Source: Microthyrium microscopicum (lineage: Eukaryota). Taken from it: a stretch of 64,000 bases of DNA. The stretch's first letter is position 1. Every line of letters begins with the position of its first letter. This document shows, in pieces, positions 25,215 through 37,265 of this stretch. The notes under the pieces were generated by a model. It did not search any database. It was given only the letters and a program-made list of their open reading frames with translations, and was not told where the DNA came from. The translations under genes and the position numbers were made by a program. The stretch is taken from positions 1,433,784 through 1,497,783 of the forward strand of contig MU004231.1 in NCBI GenBank assembly GCA_010405405.1, given 5' to 3'.

Positions 25215-26324
25215 TCATGACAACACCAAACAGAGAACCGCGATCAACATCGCTATCTGAACTCCCTTGTTCTCTCTGGGACGACCAGCACTACCATCAT
25301 AAGTTATCGGAGTGGCTTTACTTGGGTTTTCTGTGGACACACTTGTCCGCCCGTCTGGGTCGATTATTCCGTTTGCTGCGTCTATCGCCGATATTGCCGG
25401 ACCCATATTGAACCAATCTACCAGCACAAAATTTGGTGATCGCCCATAAACTGCACCGCAGGTATTTAATTCTTTGCCCAGGCTGCCAGTGAGATCGGGA
25501 TCCGGCGAATTGGTGTTGGCAGCGTTGTCTCGATCGGGAATTACAATGTTGAGGAGCTGCTTCTTATCGAGAAAGTGGTTCATGAGGAACAAACGCCCCG
25601 AGCTTTGAGCCTGGCTGACTTTGTCTTTCAGATTGGTCGGTCGGTCTGGCATACAGCTAAAGTTGTTCGGCGAAGTAACCTCAAATTGGTTCTCGAACAC
25701 ATAGCTGAATTCGTCCAGCAGGTATGGCGCGCCCGTATTGTCTGGCAGACTGGATATGAATGTTACCAGTCGAGTCTTTGCTTGAATCATCTCGCCCAAG
25801 GTTGGCCATACTGTCTTAGCACCTAGCTTGGTCGCAGGGACATATGCATGCTTTGTGATGCCAGATGCTCGGAAAGAAGCGCCAAGCAGTGTCGAATTCG
25901 CATTCACGGAATTGACAAGCAGTAACGTGACAACGTCGTTAGGGTGCTCATCCATCCAGTACGACACATCTTTCAACCATTTTATCATTGATCCACCATC
26001 GTACAAGTCGCAATCAGTGTGGCAGAGCCGCAGTTCTATTCCCGTGGCGTTCGTTGTGTGAAGCTGGCCGGAAAGCAGTCTTACGCCCGCATCAAGCTGC
26101 GTGTCGGTTCCATAGAATTGATTGCCGGAAACAGTGAAAGAATTCGACGTGTTGGCTACGAACATGCTGTCATGAGCGCCGAGGTGGGTAATGTTGCCGT
26201 ATGATCGGTTGCATAACGCAGGGCAGTTGTTGCAAGCATCAGGAGATGACCATAATGATTCTTGAGCAATCGACAGCCATATTTGACAGAACAGGAATAT
26301 GAGGGCCAGCATCCTTCTCATCAT
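25215..26324 (-). CDS. Secreted, probably GPI-anchored PI-PLC X-domain (PLC-like phosphodiesterase) protein
   Basis: Signal peptide; ACN..LCNRSY.NITHLGAHDS, QLDAGVRLL, LCHT.C, HPNDVVTLL, LMNHFL, PNFVLVD motifs; hydrophobic C-terminal tail. Confidence 0.88.
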   Translation of the reverse strand: MMRRMLALIFLFCQIWLSIAQESLWSSPDACNNCPALCNRSYGNITHLGAHDSMFVANTSNSFTVSGNQFYGTDTQLDAGVRLLSGQLHTTNATGIELRLCHTDCDLYDGGSMIKWLKDVSYWMDEHPNDVVTLLLVNSVNANSTLLGASFRASGITKHAYVPATKLGAKTVWPTLGEMIQAKTRLVTFISSLPDNTGAPYLLDEFSYVFENQFEVTSPNNFSCMPDRPTNLKDKVSQAQSSGRLFLMNHFLDKKQLLNIVIPDRDNAANTNSPDPDLTGSLGKELNTCGAVYGRSPNFVLVDWFNMGPAISAIDAANGIIDPDGRTSVSTENPSKATPITYDGSAGRPRENKGVQIAMLIAVLCLVLS

Positions 26325-27117
26325 CCTCGCATGGATGGGTTATCTTGAGATCGATTCCCGAGAGATTGAACACGCGTAGGATTACCAGCAATGTGCTGAA
26401 TCCAACAGTGGGCTTCGAACGTGTCCATCGGGAGGTTCATGCACGAGTAAAGACTCTTCGCGGCAAACCGAAAGTAGTGAAACGCGTTTGATTAATCTCT
26501 CCAATGGCTATATCAATAGATCGTTTGGAGGTGAGAAACAAGCCTGCCCTCGTGCCTAAACTTGGCTCTGAGGAACCAAGAATTTAGTTGCCGGTAACGA
26601 GTAGACCAAACAGTCTACGTGTAATTCAGTTGTGATTTGGTATAACAACATAGTAACCAAAGTCTATTCATAGTATCAGTCATTCTTTCTGAGTATTGGA
26701 GCATGTATTCAGTTGTGCCTGACACTTAACCAGTATAGTAGGCAAATACGGGTATCACTACGTACTGCAGTCTTAGTGGATGATACTCTAATGTGTTACA
26801 ATTTACATCATCGTCACTCCAGATTGAGGCTCTGGAGCCCTTCCAAAGCTTTCCTTTCCAGAAGAATTTCACAAGTCGCATCTTTTGACTTTTATGCATG
26901 AGATTTCCAGTTCGTGGAGAAGAAGTGCCCAGGCCCCATGCCTTGCCTTGCCATGCCTTGGTGCCGTCTTGAAACACTATTCGCTACAACGCGCCTCTGA
27001 CGTGACGTGACACCCCTTTTTAACTGGTAAAACAGACAAAACAATCACCCTTTACCTCACAACAACCTCTTACTATCGATAAAATAGAACAACATACACA
27101 ACAAACAATACATAAAG

Positions 27118-27717
27118 ATGCAGATCACGATTCGTCCACCTTCTTCGCACACCTTGAAGGGTTCTCCAGCAAATGCGTCAGATGGGGCAAGTGTGCCAGC
27201 GCCAACATACGACTGGATCTCTGGTACCTGGCATGTTTCCTACTCCAGCTTGCCACTCTGGAAAGGCAAGCAAAATGTGCGCATCAGCTACAAGGCGCTA
27301 GCAGGAAGCGACTTAACGTCAGTAAAGATGCCCGACCTGGATGACTTTGTCGAATACCAGAAGCAAGGAGCCACCAAGACTAGCACTGTTAGCGGCATCT
27401 CAAGGCCTGTTCAGGTGGGAGGCTTGCCCGAAGGACTGGCTTACGCTTGGAGAGGGAAGGGGTTGCTCATGATCGCATCATCAAATTGGGAAATACTGGC
27501 ACATGGAACGGACACTGCTGCAGCGGAGCCCAATGATTTTGTGGTTACTTATTTTGGCAAGACGCTGTTCACGCCTGCAGGTCTTGATATCTATACGCGC
27601 ACGACATCAAGTTTATCAGACGTTACGCTAAATGCTATTAAGGCTGCTCTAGAAGGCCAGAGTGAGCAAGGCCTTGGGACTTTGGCCAAATCGATGTTCG
27701 AGATCCCAAGAGTTTGA
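27118..27717 (+). CDS. Conserved fungal protein, possibly calycin/lipocalin-like fold (199 aa)
   Basis: Intronless ORF with good start context; GTWHV..SSLPLWK, WRGKG.L.IASS.WE, FGKTLFTPAG.DIY motifs; N-terminal GxW as in lipocalins. Confidence 0.7.
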   Translation: MQITIRPPSSHTLKGSPANASDGASVPAPTYDWISGTWHVSYSSLPLWKGKQNVRISYKALAGSDLTSVKMPDLDDFVEYQKQGATKTSTVSGISRPVQVGGLPEGLAYAWRGKGLLMIASSNWEILAHGTDTAAAEPNDFVVTYFGKTLFTPAGLDIYTRTTSSLSDVTLNAIKAALEGQSEQGLGTLAKSMFEIPRV

Positions 27718-28011
27718 TGGCGAATTTGCTTCTTTGAAAGCATTTCTGGATATGATTGTTGCGAGTAATCGTTCATGTTTCTGGTCAGCTTCTCTGCAAA
27801 GCACCAAACTCGTTCGTGCCTACATGGTTCATATAAAGGTCGAGTATATTAGCCAAGTCTTATACCTTATAGTTATTAACTTAAGTCAGCACAAATCACG
27901 AAAGAACCATATAAACCCTTGTATTAGTCACTCAAATATGCTCACCTATGGCATACGTCTTAAAATGATCCAGTCTCCAGCGTCTTTGAGTTTGATAGCA
28001 TCAAATTCAAA

Positions 28012-28816
28012 ATGTTTACCAATATTCTGGTCGTCACTCTGACATTTCTTAGCTGCGCCCTGACTGCTGTAGCGCTACTTCCTTCTTATCCAACACGGGT
28101 CATCGCTGGAGTCACTGTGATCGACACTCCAATAGTTCGATCAGCTATAGACTTCGCTCGATCTCATATGGATGATGATATCTTCAACCATTGCATGCGA
28201 GCTTGGGTTCTCGGAGCACTCATGATAAGCAAGAACAGCATCCTTCGAGAAGTAGTTGATGTAGAAGTTCATGCAGTGGGAATCATTCTTCATGATCTCG
28301 GATGGGACAGACGACCAAACTCGGATACAGTCAGCAAAGATCGACGTTTCGAGGTTGATGGTGCTATCGCAGCACGAGAATTTATTCGACGACATGAAGA
28401 CGGGAAGAAGTGGGAAGAACGCCGAGTTCAATTGGTGTGGGATTCGATTGCGTTACATGCAGAGCGCAAGATAGCATACTTCAAAGAGGAGGAGGTTCAA
28501 GCAGTCAGCAAATCTTCTGCTCTCGATATTGGGGGAGCTGACTTCGGCATCACCCAAACTGAATATGCGCTGATTGCCAAAGAGTTCAAGAAAGATGGAC
28601 TAAGAGCAGCACTCAACAGCAGTATTGTATGGCTTTGTCAAACAAAACCTGCCAGTACCATGGGTAAGTTGATTCTCGCTGGTCATCATGTTTACTCGCG
28701 CTTATTTCTTTGTAGATAACTGGATGATGGCCTGGGGAGAAAGATACGTTGCCAATTATTCAACTGCAGCGGGTCCACGAAGAATCGACGGAATATTCAG
28801 TAACCTGCGGTCATAG
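28012..28816 (+). CDS. HD-domain metal-dependent hydrolase (cyanamide hydratase-like clade) with N-terminal signal peptide, 2 exons
   Basis: FNHCMR...ILHDLG...RFEVDGA...VWDSIALH motifs; intron 28664-28715 (GTAAGT..TAG); second exon DNWMMAWGERY... to TAG 28814-28816. Confidence 0.85.
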
Positions 28817-29597
28817 CCTGATCTTATCAATAATTCGAGCGAGTTTTGTCAGAATAGTTATAAGAGACACAGTCAACATAAAAGTCTGAAGAGGCTGTTG
28901 TCAAATCAGACAATCTTCCTTCCTTCAGCACTTGATAGCGACCGTCAATCCATTGAAGTCCTGAGTATCTTTCCTCACTAAATTTGAAAGTCTACTTTGA
29001 GCCTTGACGAGGGTCGGCCATAAATCGTCGGATATCTCTCACGGTAATATGTCTGACATACGGAAAAGCGGTTGTGAGAAGCAGATGAATTGTCGCGGGT
29101 GTATAGTTGTCTCGTCGCATGTCTTGAATCATTGGTATCATGAAAACGGGGACCACGAAAGATCCTGGGCGGTCTGGCATTCTGCTTTGAGACTCGATAA
29201 GACCTGAGCTGTGGAGGTTGACAAAATTGGTCGACACTACAGTCTTTCTGGTTTATATATGAAGCAGAACTACGGAATATGGAATCCTATATATATCAGT
29301 TGGCAATGCCAAATACCTCAACGTTTTGCCCCCATCTTTTGTTTGACAAACCTCTGGCAAACCTGAGGAAAGGAGTGTCTTGGGTGATAAATGACTGCTG
29401 AATCTGACTTATTGACCAGCAAACGTCCGGTAATTTCAACCTGTCAAATTGTAGTGAATTATAATCTAGCAAATAGGTGTGTTATCAAGCATTAATACGT
29501 GTTAAGACACAGACTGATATGGACGACTGTGGTTCAGTTCGCATTGGCTGGTATCTAGGTACATTTCATGGTCTAATTGGGTTTTCAGAAGTCAAGG

Positions 29598-31124
29598 TCA
29601 TAACGCATATTCGACATCCGTCCGAATGACATACTTAGCACCTTTTCTTACACCAGTGCCTTCATGCAGCAAAGCCCCTTTTGTTTCTCCATGCGGGAAC
29701 ATTGCGACAGATCCCATGACGGGATTGACAGGATACGCGTTCATCACACCCTCAACAACACTTGGGATGAAAAAGGTCGTTTCTCCGCCTTCAAACTCGT
29801 CATTGAGGTAGATGAGAAATGTAAAAAGCGATGATTGCTTGGCGTTGGCAGGGGAACTGTCATATTGGTAGGCCTTGGTGACTGGATGTATGCCCGAAGG
29901 TGGCCATGCGCCATCAATGTGACAGCGGTATTCAGCTCCGGGCACATAGCGATATACTCGGAAGCGGCGGTTAATACTCAGCGCTTTCTTGCCAGCTACT
30001 TCAGGAATGAATGGTTGCACTCTTTCCCATAGTTTATCGTGAAAGGCCTGATCTATCATCCAGTAGACGTTGTGGGCTAGAATGCTGGACTCGGATCCAT
30101 CGTCTTTGATTGGAGCATCGGGAAGGAAACCGATCGTTTCAGTGGCGGCGATAATTGACCGGCATTCTTCTGTGGACAGGACGTTTTTAAGAAGTGAAAG
30201 GTTTGGAACATGCGGATGTTTGTTATGGGTGGTGCTGGGTTTGGTGTCTGATAGTGGAACCGTATTATCGCTGGTAAGGTATACTATGGCAGGGTGGTGA
30301 TTTGGTGGCTTTCGTTGAGGTCCTGGAGTCTCCTCAATATTTTGAAATTTGTCTGCGTATGACTGCTTCTGAGATGCAAATATCGACCTGTCCAAGACGC
30401 TCTCCCGTACATGGAGGCGTTTGGTTCCTTCATCTCTGAGATTCCAAAGTTTTTGTTGTACTATTGGATTCGATGTAGAAAAGGAGGAGGAATGTGTGTC
30501 TAAGGGCCCAGTGACTCGCAATACCGCATCTAGTACTTTCATTCTTTTGAGATCATTCGTGGTTCTTGAAACTGACACCTCGGAGCTGTTGTCTTGCACG
30601 CAAACTCCACTAACAACATCCAGATCTCGCACCCACCGACACAGGGCTCCCAGCTTTGGTGCTTCTCCACGTATACGCATTTCGGCCAACAGGATAAGTG
30701 CATCGGTATATTTGCCGTCCGTTAAAGCGCCGGAAATTCGGGCGGTGAGGCTTGTATCGGCTGTTACTTGGTTAGCAAAGAACTCATCTCTCATTCGGGA
30801 TCAATTGACATTACCAGAAGCGTTGGCACCAGTTGTACAGGCTTGCTTGAAATCATAGACAGCGGCCCTTAAGTTTTTGCAAGGCTTGGATTTTATGATA
30901 GCAGGGTATTTGGCCAAGGTCAAGAGTGTATCCACTGTCAATTCCATTTCCTCATCCGATATTAATGTCTGAAGATTTTTTGGCGCAATCGTTTCTTCTG
31001 CGCTTGAGGGAAGCGATGGATCTGGAGATAGTGGGGCAGAGCCAGACACCTTTTGGATCTTAGGAGCTGGGACATTGTTTTGAGCATTCCTCTTCCTCTT
31101 TTTCGAAGCTTTTGTATTCGTCAT
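29598..31124 (-). CDS. 2-oxoglutarate/Fe(II) dioxygenase (prolyl-4-hydroxylase-like), 2 exons
   Basis: ATG at 31124 (MTNTKASKKRKR, NLS-like); intron 30814-30761; RFRVYRY, HID (HxD), FLIYLNDEFEGGET, LLHEG (distal His), KYVIRTD. Confidence 0.88.
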
Positions 31125-32248
31125 TGTAACAATTGGTGATGTAGAAAATGAGTGTGAAAAAAGTTCCCCCACAATTGGAGTTGGAGAGATTTGCCACCAA
31201 AAAGCTTACATGTTTTAGCTCGCCGCTAAGCTATAGTCTAGTACGGTAGAGGCTAGCGCGCCACGTTCTTGCTGTCCTTTCTGCTTTCTTGGTGCATCGG
31301 AGTTACCTCCGCCTCATTTTGATTCTATGTTCTTAATTTCTTATGACTTAGTACTATCCTTCAACATCTAAGTCATTAGCCCAGAGTCATGGATAAGGCT
31401 TATGGGTCAATAGTTTGACTGTGCTCCTTATTCTACGTTACGAAGTGCTCTCAAGAAGCTCAAGTCGATTGGCGATATATGATGGAGCGATTCGGCTCAT
31501 TCAACAGAGCCTTAGCTGGCAACAATCGGGGGACGCGCTCCAGGAAATTGCTCTAACAAGAGATGGCGCAATGCCAGCAAAAATCGGCGGAAATAAGGGT
31601 TTGGTTTGCAGGGTGACAAAATAGGACCCAAAGCGGAAGTGCGAAATCCTAACTGGGCAGGTATTCGAAAAGGACCTGTTCGCACTGCTGATCGGAACCG
31701 GTTCTAGACTGTTCAGTGAAACAAGATATTGGCCAAGCATCTACTAAACAAGCGAAGCTTTACCATTATTTCATTTTGTTGAAGGCAAAATCCAGCCGTT
31801 TGCTGCATGAGCTTGTGGGGAGTCTCATGGATTGCGGCATATCAGAGGACTTTCCAGGCCTACCATTGGTCAGCCTTGTGTCCTTATCTCTTCGACCATA
31901 CCACAACATGGGGGGCTTCTAGTCCATGAATGCTCAACTGATATGCTCTCGACTTGTAGTTGGCTGGCTCTCCGAAAGAACAGGCCAGAACGAGTTGGTG
32001 GAGAGCAATGTTCAAAATGATCGGGAACTCACACAACTCTGCCTTCAAACAGTCCAATCATGCGTGTATGAAGCTCGGATCCCGGACAAGTAGGCAAGGT
32101 AGGCTGACCTTTAGTGATGAATGTAGAGCCTTGTACTTTGCCTATTTCAATGTGGCAAGTCCTTCTCTATTGCAAAAAACACACAAGCAAATCTCTCCTA
32201 GATCTCTGTCAACCACTTTCAAAACTACCAATATAAGATAACGCCGAA

Positions 32249-32598
32249 ATGGAGCGAAGTACATCTTATGGAATCGGTGGTGCTGGCAACATGAGTAAGT
32301 ACCCTCGAAATCCTTGTCCTTTCATAGGCTGACTCAAGCTCTAGGAAGTGCCAGTGAAATCAAAGCCATTGAAGAACGATTGGCAAAAGGACAACGTAAG
32401 TTTGGAACCACACCCTTCAGAGATCTTTACCTGTACTGATACGGGATCCTAGATAACGATGCGCGACGCAGAGACAGCATCTTTTCTCTTTCATCTTCTC
32501 CCGACGGTCGACGCAGCTCCTTCATGCAAAGCGTGTCAAATGTCTTCCGCCGCAACAGCATTGTAACAAGTGGTACAGAAAGCCCCAAGGAAGAGTGA
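32249..32598 (+). CDS. 80-aa Par32/DUF3602-like microprotein, 3 exons (absent from the ORF track)
   Basis: Exons 32249-32294, 32345-32395, 32453-32598 with GTAAGT donors and CTGAC/CTGAT branch sites give MERSTSYGIGGAGNMRSASEIKAIEERLAKGQHNDARRRDSIFSLSSSPDGRRSSFMQSVSNVFRRNSIVTSGTESPKEE*. Confidence 0.8.
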
Positions 32599-32798
32599 TC
32601 AAATTGCTTAGGCTTTGGAAGGAAACTGAACGAGACCGACGCGAATAACGAGAAACGCCCAAAAAATGTGAAAATACAAAGCCTGGTAATCCTTAGTGAT
32701 GTTGACCTAGGCCATGCTCTATGGTACTGGTAACTGATAGTCAATATACTTCGTATTTGGACCTTCATTTGCTTTCGATTGATATCATGATAACCGAG

Positions 32799-34525
32799 CT
32801 ATGTGCCTGGTTGTGTGTAAGGAATGCTTGCAAAGAATCTTCTCTCCCATCCACGGTCGTCGGAATGTATCTCTGATGCCGGAAGATCGAAAATCATTGA
32901 TAATCTTTCCCCAAGTTCATACCTTGGCCAGTACATATCACTACCTTCTATCTTCGGTGTTCCAGTCCTCGCGAAATGAACCAATGCCTTACTGACAGTT
33001 TCAGCCATGACTTCGGCACTCTCGAAGCCTCGCATCTGTCGGAAAGCGTCTGGATTGGCAAAGACGAGAGGAATATCAAAGCCATGTGCGGCTCCCATCC
33101 GGCCATCTTCAAATGGAGTCTTCCATCGCAAATAATAGACCCAAAGTGGACTGTCTGGGTGTTTTGCTCGGATATCTGATTCCACCAGCATACTTTTCCA
33201 TGATCGAGCGGCAGTAGTTGCAGCGAAGAACACGTCGGATGGCGAATAGCTCGGATAGTGCTTCCGATATTCTGAGACGATTGTTTCTCCGGAGAGATTT
33301 CCGATGAAGTTCTTGACACTTTTCTCCAGCTGCGATGGCACTTGATCCCACGTCAGATTGAACAGACGCCCCTTGGAACCACCGATTAGATTCCTTGTTT
33401 CGCCGTACGTATTTCCAATCACCATAGGAATATTCCTCGATTGTTCATTGGCGGTAGGAAAGAAAGGATCTTTCGGAAGACTCGATGTACTTGTAACTGG
33501 AGCCCATCGCTGTCCTCCTCCAGCCAGAGTCGTTTGAAGCTCTGCCATTGGCATATTCACTAATTGTTCCAATTTTTCCGCATCTGATTCTCCCTCAATC
33601 TTGCTTAGAACTTCCTGTGCTGTTTGTTTCGCATGTTCTAGAGTTCGACCAGTGATCTGTTGTCCGCTCATGGTCCAGACGCGATGAAAGAGCCCCTTTG
33701 CTTCTGGCATTGCCTGTTGAAATATCAGTAAACTTATGACTATCGAACGGTCATTTTCGTATTTGCTAAATATGGAGCGAGGTTCAAAATCTTACCATAA
33801 GAGTAGCACATTTAGCGCCTCCACCAGACTGCCCAAATATTGTAACCGAGTTCTTATCACCACCAAACCGCTCGATATTGTCTCGGACCCATTTCAGGGC
33901 CAGGATTAAATCTAGCTGTCCAGGATTTCCAGTCTCGTAATCTTTGCTTATCCCACCAAGATACATATAACCTAAGCCGTTGATACGATGGCTGACAGTA
34001 ACAACCACCACGTCTCGCTTTTGTGCCAGTCGGCGGCCATCGTATGTATCCTCGTTGACTGTTCCACTGTCATATCCACCTCCATGAAAATATACTAGCA
34101 CTGGGCGGGTGTTGTTGTCTGATGCTGGGGTCCATACATTCAAGTTTAGACAGTCCTCGGATCCTTTGTGGCCACTTGATTCTTTGTCACTGCCCGGTTG
34201 AGGAGCTATTGGTCCATATTTTGTGCAATGCTTAGGCTCAGTCCAGGGATTTGGCGGCTTAGGAGCTTTGAAACGCGTTGTTGATGTGTCCGCACCGTAT
34301 GGGATATTCTTGAAAACCTGAATACCAGAATCTTGAAAGCCTACTATTGGACCATGTGTTGTTGTGACGGCCGGGTCTGTAGCCGTCAGGGCCCCAGGAA
34401 CTATGGTCATGAAAGCCAGCACAATCTAAAGGCGAATTAGAGACCAAAAAGGGCGAGGTGAGCGAGTTACTGACGTGTAGCATCACTAACCTGCCGACAA
34501 AAATCGAGCTATGTGACTTGCGCAT
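32799..34525 (-). CDS. Type-B carboxylesterase (COesterase family), probably secreted, 3 exons
   Basis: ATG 34525; introns ~34474-34426 and ~33795-33714; SEDCLNLNVW, HGGG, NIERFGGD, GQSGG (catalytic Ser), GET (Glu), AAHGFD (His). Confidence 0.92.
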
Positions 34526-34986
34526 GGCTGAAATTCTCCATAGACCAGGTGTCTACGTATTCGTAGACTTCCAAATGATACCACTGGCATCCGAAATTAC
34601 TTTGGCCAGGCACTATAGACCAAGGATATGTATATTTTCCTTCACTGTGTAGATTGGATTAGGGCCTCCCATCTTGTAAGCACCCAACAACATAACATTT
34701 GAACTGCAAAGCTCGATGTTTGCCTACGTACTGCTTCAAGAACATAAAATTGCTCAGTTCAATCTGGGGTGCTCGCCCATCAGGAACCGAAGTAGTCAAC
34801 GATTGCTGCCTCGATAGCATAAGCACAAAACATCTCGGGCTTTGTGCCTCTCCTATATGTGTCTTTCACGAGTAATTAGGAAATTAAAGAAACAGAAGCC
34901 AGCTAGTGGTATAAGAAAAAAAGACGTTGGTTTTGGTGCTTCTACAAAACCGAAAACTGCTCGCTATGCAATGCTAACCAAAAAGT

Positions 34987-36610
34987 CTATGCACTCTTCT
35001 TCTGGCCCTCTTGGTCTTTCTCCTCCTCTTTCATGCGTCTGAGCTCATCAGCGCGCTCTTGATCTTCATCACTATCCGACTCGCTACGATCGTCAACTTT
35101 CTCTTCACCACCAGTCCGTGCCATTCTCCAGAGAATACGGAATATCAAATACAACCAAAAGAGATTGAGACATTGCAAGGCGCCTAAGAGTAGAAAAGAT
35201 GTCCATTGACTTGCGGCGCATTTGTATTGCTCGGTCGCCCAATCCAGTCCGAATGGACCTATTGTGGCGAATTGCGAAGCAGGCCAAGGACCATGCAATA
35301 TGCGCGTAAGTAGACCTCCCGTAGATGGCGAGATGTTACTGATTGTTGCTACAAGAGGATCTAATCCTTTAACAAATGCTGTGTACACCGGCGAGATATA
35401 TCCATTTATAGCTTCCGGTAAGATTGAGGAAAGTGGCAAGATTGACAGGAGTATGCGAATGTTTTGATAGTGGCGTAGATATGTCCATGCACCTATGAAG
35501 ACGATGAAGAATGGTATAACAATCGGTGAATCCATGTAGTTAAGGATGATAGATGTCTATATGAGTTAGCGCGTCATCTTGGAGCACAATCAGAAGTCAT
35601 ACCGCTAGGAAGAAGTCCGAGATATCATGAGTGATAAATACTGGTAGACCCATCTTGGTGAAGTGGAACACATAGCTTAGCAAGATCAGCGACAAAGTAA
35701 TGATATGGTGCGCAACCAATTCTTTAAAGTCCTTTCGAGGCTTTTCTAGCATAAGGAGCAACACGATCATCTGTTGTGCCCAGTAGCTAGCCTGAAATAG
35801 ATAGTAGCCCTTTACAAAGTCAGCCATTGCGACTAGCATAGTTCTATATCAGTACACACCTTGAGAACTCCAGAGTTTGTCAAGTGCGGATACCCTTCGT
35901 ACATGGCGGTGGTGTTGAAGTACCACAAATTGCTCTTACTCATGACATATAGTCCGAATGGCCCAAGTATAACAAAATATAAGGCCGTATATGCTTGCTC
36001 CATAAATCTGGCCTGCTTACGAGGAGTCCATCGAATTGCAAGAGGTCTGAGAAGCCGCTGCATAACGAACTCGCGAGTAAAGGAAAGAAACACGGTGTAA
36101 AAAGCCACAAAGATCAGGTCTTTTCTTCCTTTGCCATATTGTATAGGTTCCGAAGAATCCGCATTTCCTGGTCGAGGTACAGGGTATGAGACAAAGAGCG
36201 CAGGATAGACGGGATTTGAAGGAGATGGATTGACCAGATAGACGGACACGACAGCCAGACATATCATCAGAGGGTTGAGCCATGTATGTTTTAGGGAGAG
36301 GTGTTTCCATCGTTGGACGTATGACGGAGTCTTTTGCTGAGTATTGGGCAATACGGATTGGTCGGAAGATGTGAAAGTATTCTGCTTCAACTTGACAATT
36401 AGTATCGATTTCAATGCGGTATTCAATACTCAGTATCAGAAAGGGACTTGCCTCGTTATTCCCACGAGATTGGTTATACAAAGTTGCCAAAGCTGGAACC
36501 CCTGTGTCTCCACGCGGACGGCCGCGAAGTATTGAGGACTTCCTTCTATGGCGGACTTTGACCCCGTCGGAGACCGGCTCTGAACCCTTTGTGGGCGTTT
36601 TGGTATCCAT
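34987..36610 (-). CDS. lagA: Ceramide synthase, yeast Lag1/Lac1 (Aspergillus LagA) type, TLC domain, 4 exons
   Basis: [43 protein letters not shown]ag1 motif; introns 36451-36391 (GC-AG), ~35859-35810, ~35602-35557. Confidence 0.9.
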
Positions 36611-37265
36611 TCTGCAGAGGAGTAGTGAAGTGCAGCAACGTTGAAGAAGTTGAAAATGTTAAACGCGTTTGGTGTCCAGGAGGACGAGATACAAGAGGAG
36701 CTTGGAGGCGACGACGAAATTGGACATTAAGGGGTATGCGCCACAGACAGAAGCGAAGAATCTCAGGCGACTGATTTGGATTGGATGCTATTGACCTACG
36801 GAAAGTATTAAGAACCTCAGTACGACTGGATGATCATATTCATTGGTATAGCTCGTTGTCCACTCTCGGGAGACATTCTTCATTATTCGCTCCCCGAGCC
36901 CCGACATCGATGGACATCTTGATGCTCTCTGTTCAAAGGGGCATGCAAGGTATTGGTCGTACTCGTACTGTCCACTGCAACCAAAATACTTTCCGCTGCC
37001 AGATTTTCGAACCAAAGGCTAGGTATCACTTTAATCACAATAACAGAGAAACATGCGTCAACGTAATTGGAGTAGTGAGTCGTGGATGCAACTGGAGATG
37101 AAGTTGGCTAAACCTTCCTTCTGACTGTTGACTCTTGAGACCCTGAAGTTGCCGCAACCGCCAAACACAACCTCGGTTCTCAACCTCAACTGTTGCTCTG
37201 AACATGTAAACACAACTTCTGCCATCGATGGTCATGTAGTCGATTCAATCATTTTGTGTGCCAAA

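Noticed and set aside
26995..27012. TGACGTGACGTGAC tandem CRE/bZIP-like site upstream of the 27118 gene
   Set aside because: Plausible but short; cannot be distinguished from chance without conservation or binding data.
37128..37265. N-terminal extensions in the ORF track from TTG/GTG starts (also 31172-31125 and 20096)
   Set aside because: Near-cognate starts are a prokaryote-style ORF-caller artefact; downstream ATGs in good context or spliced exons match the family N-termini.
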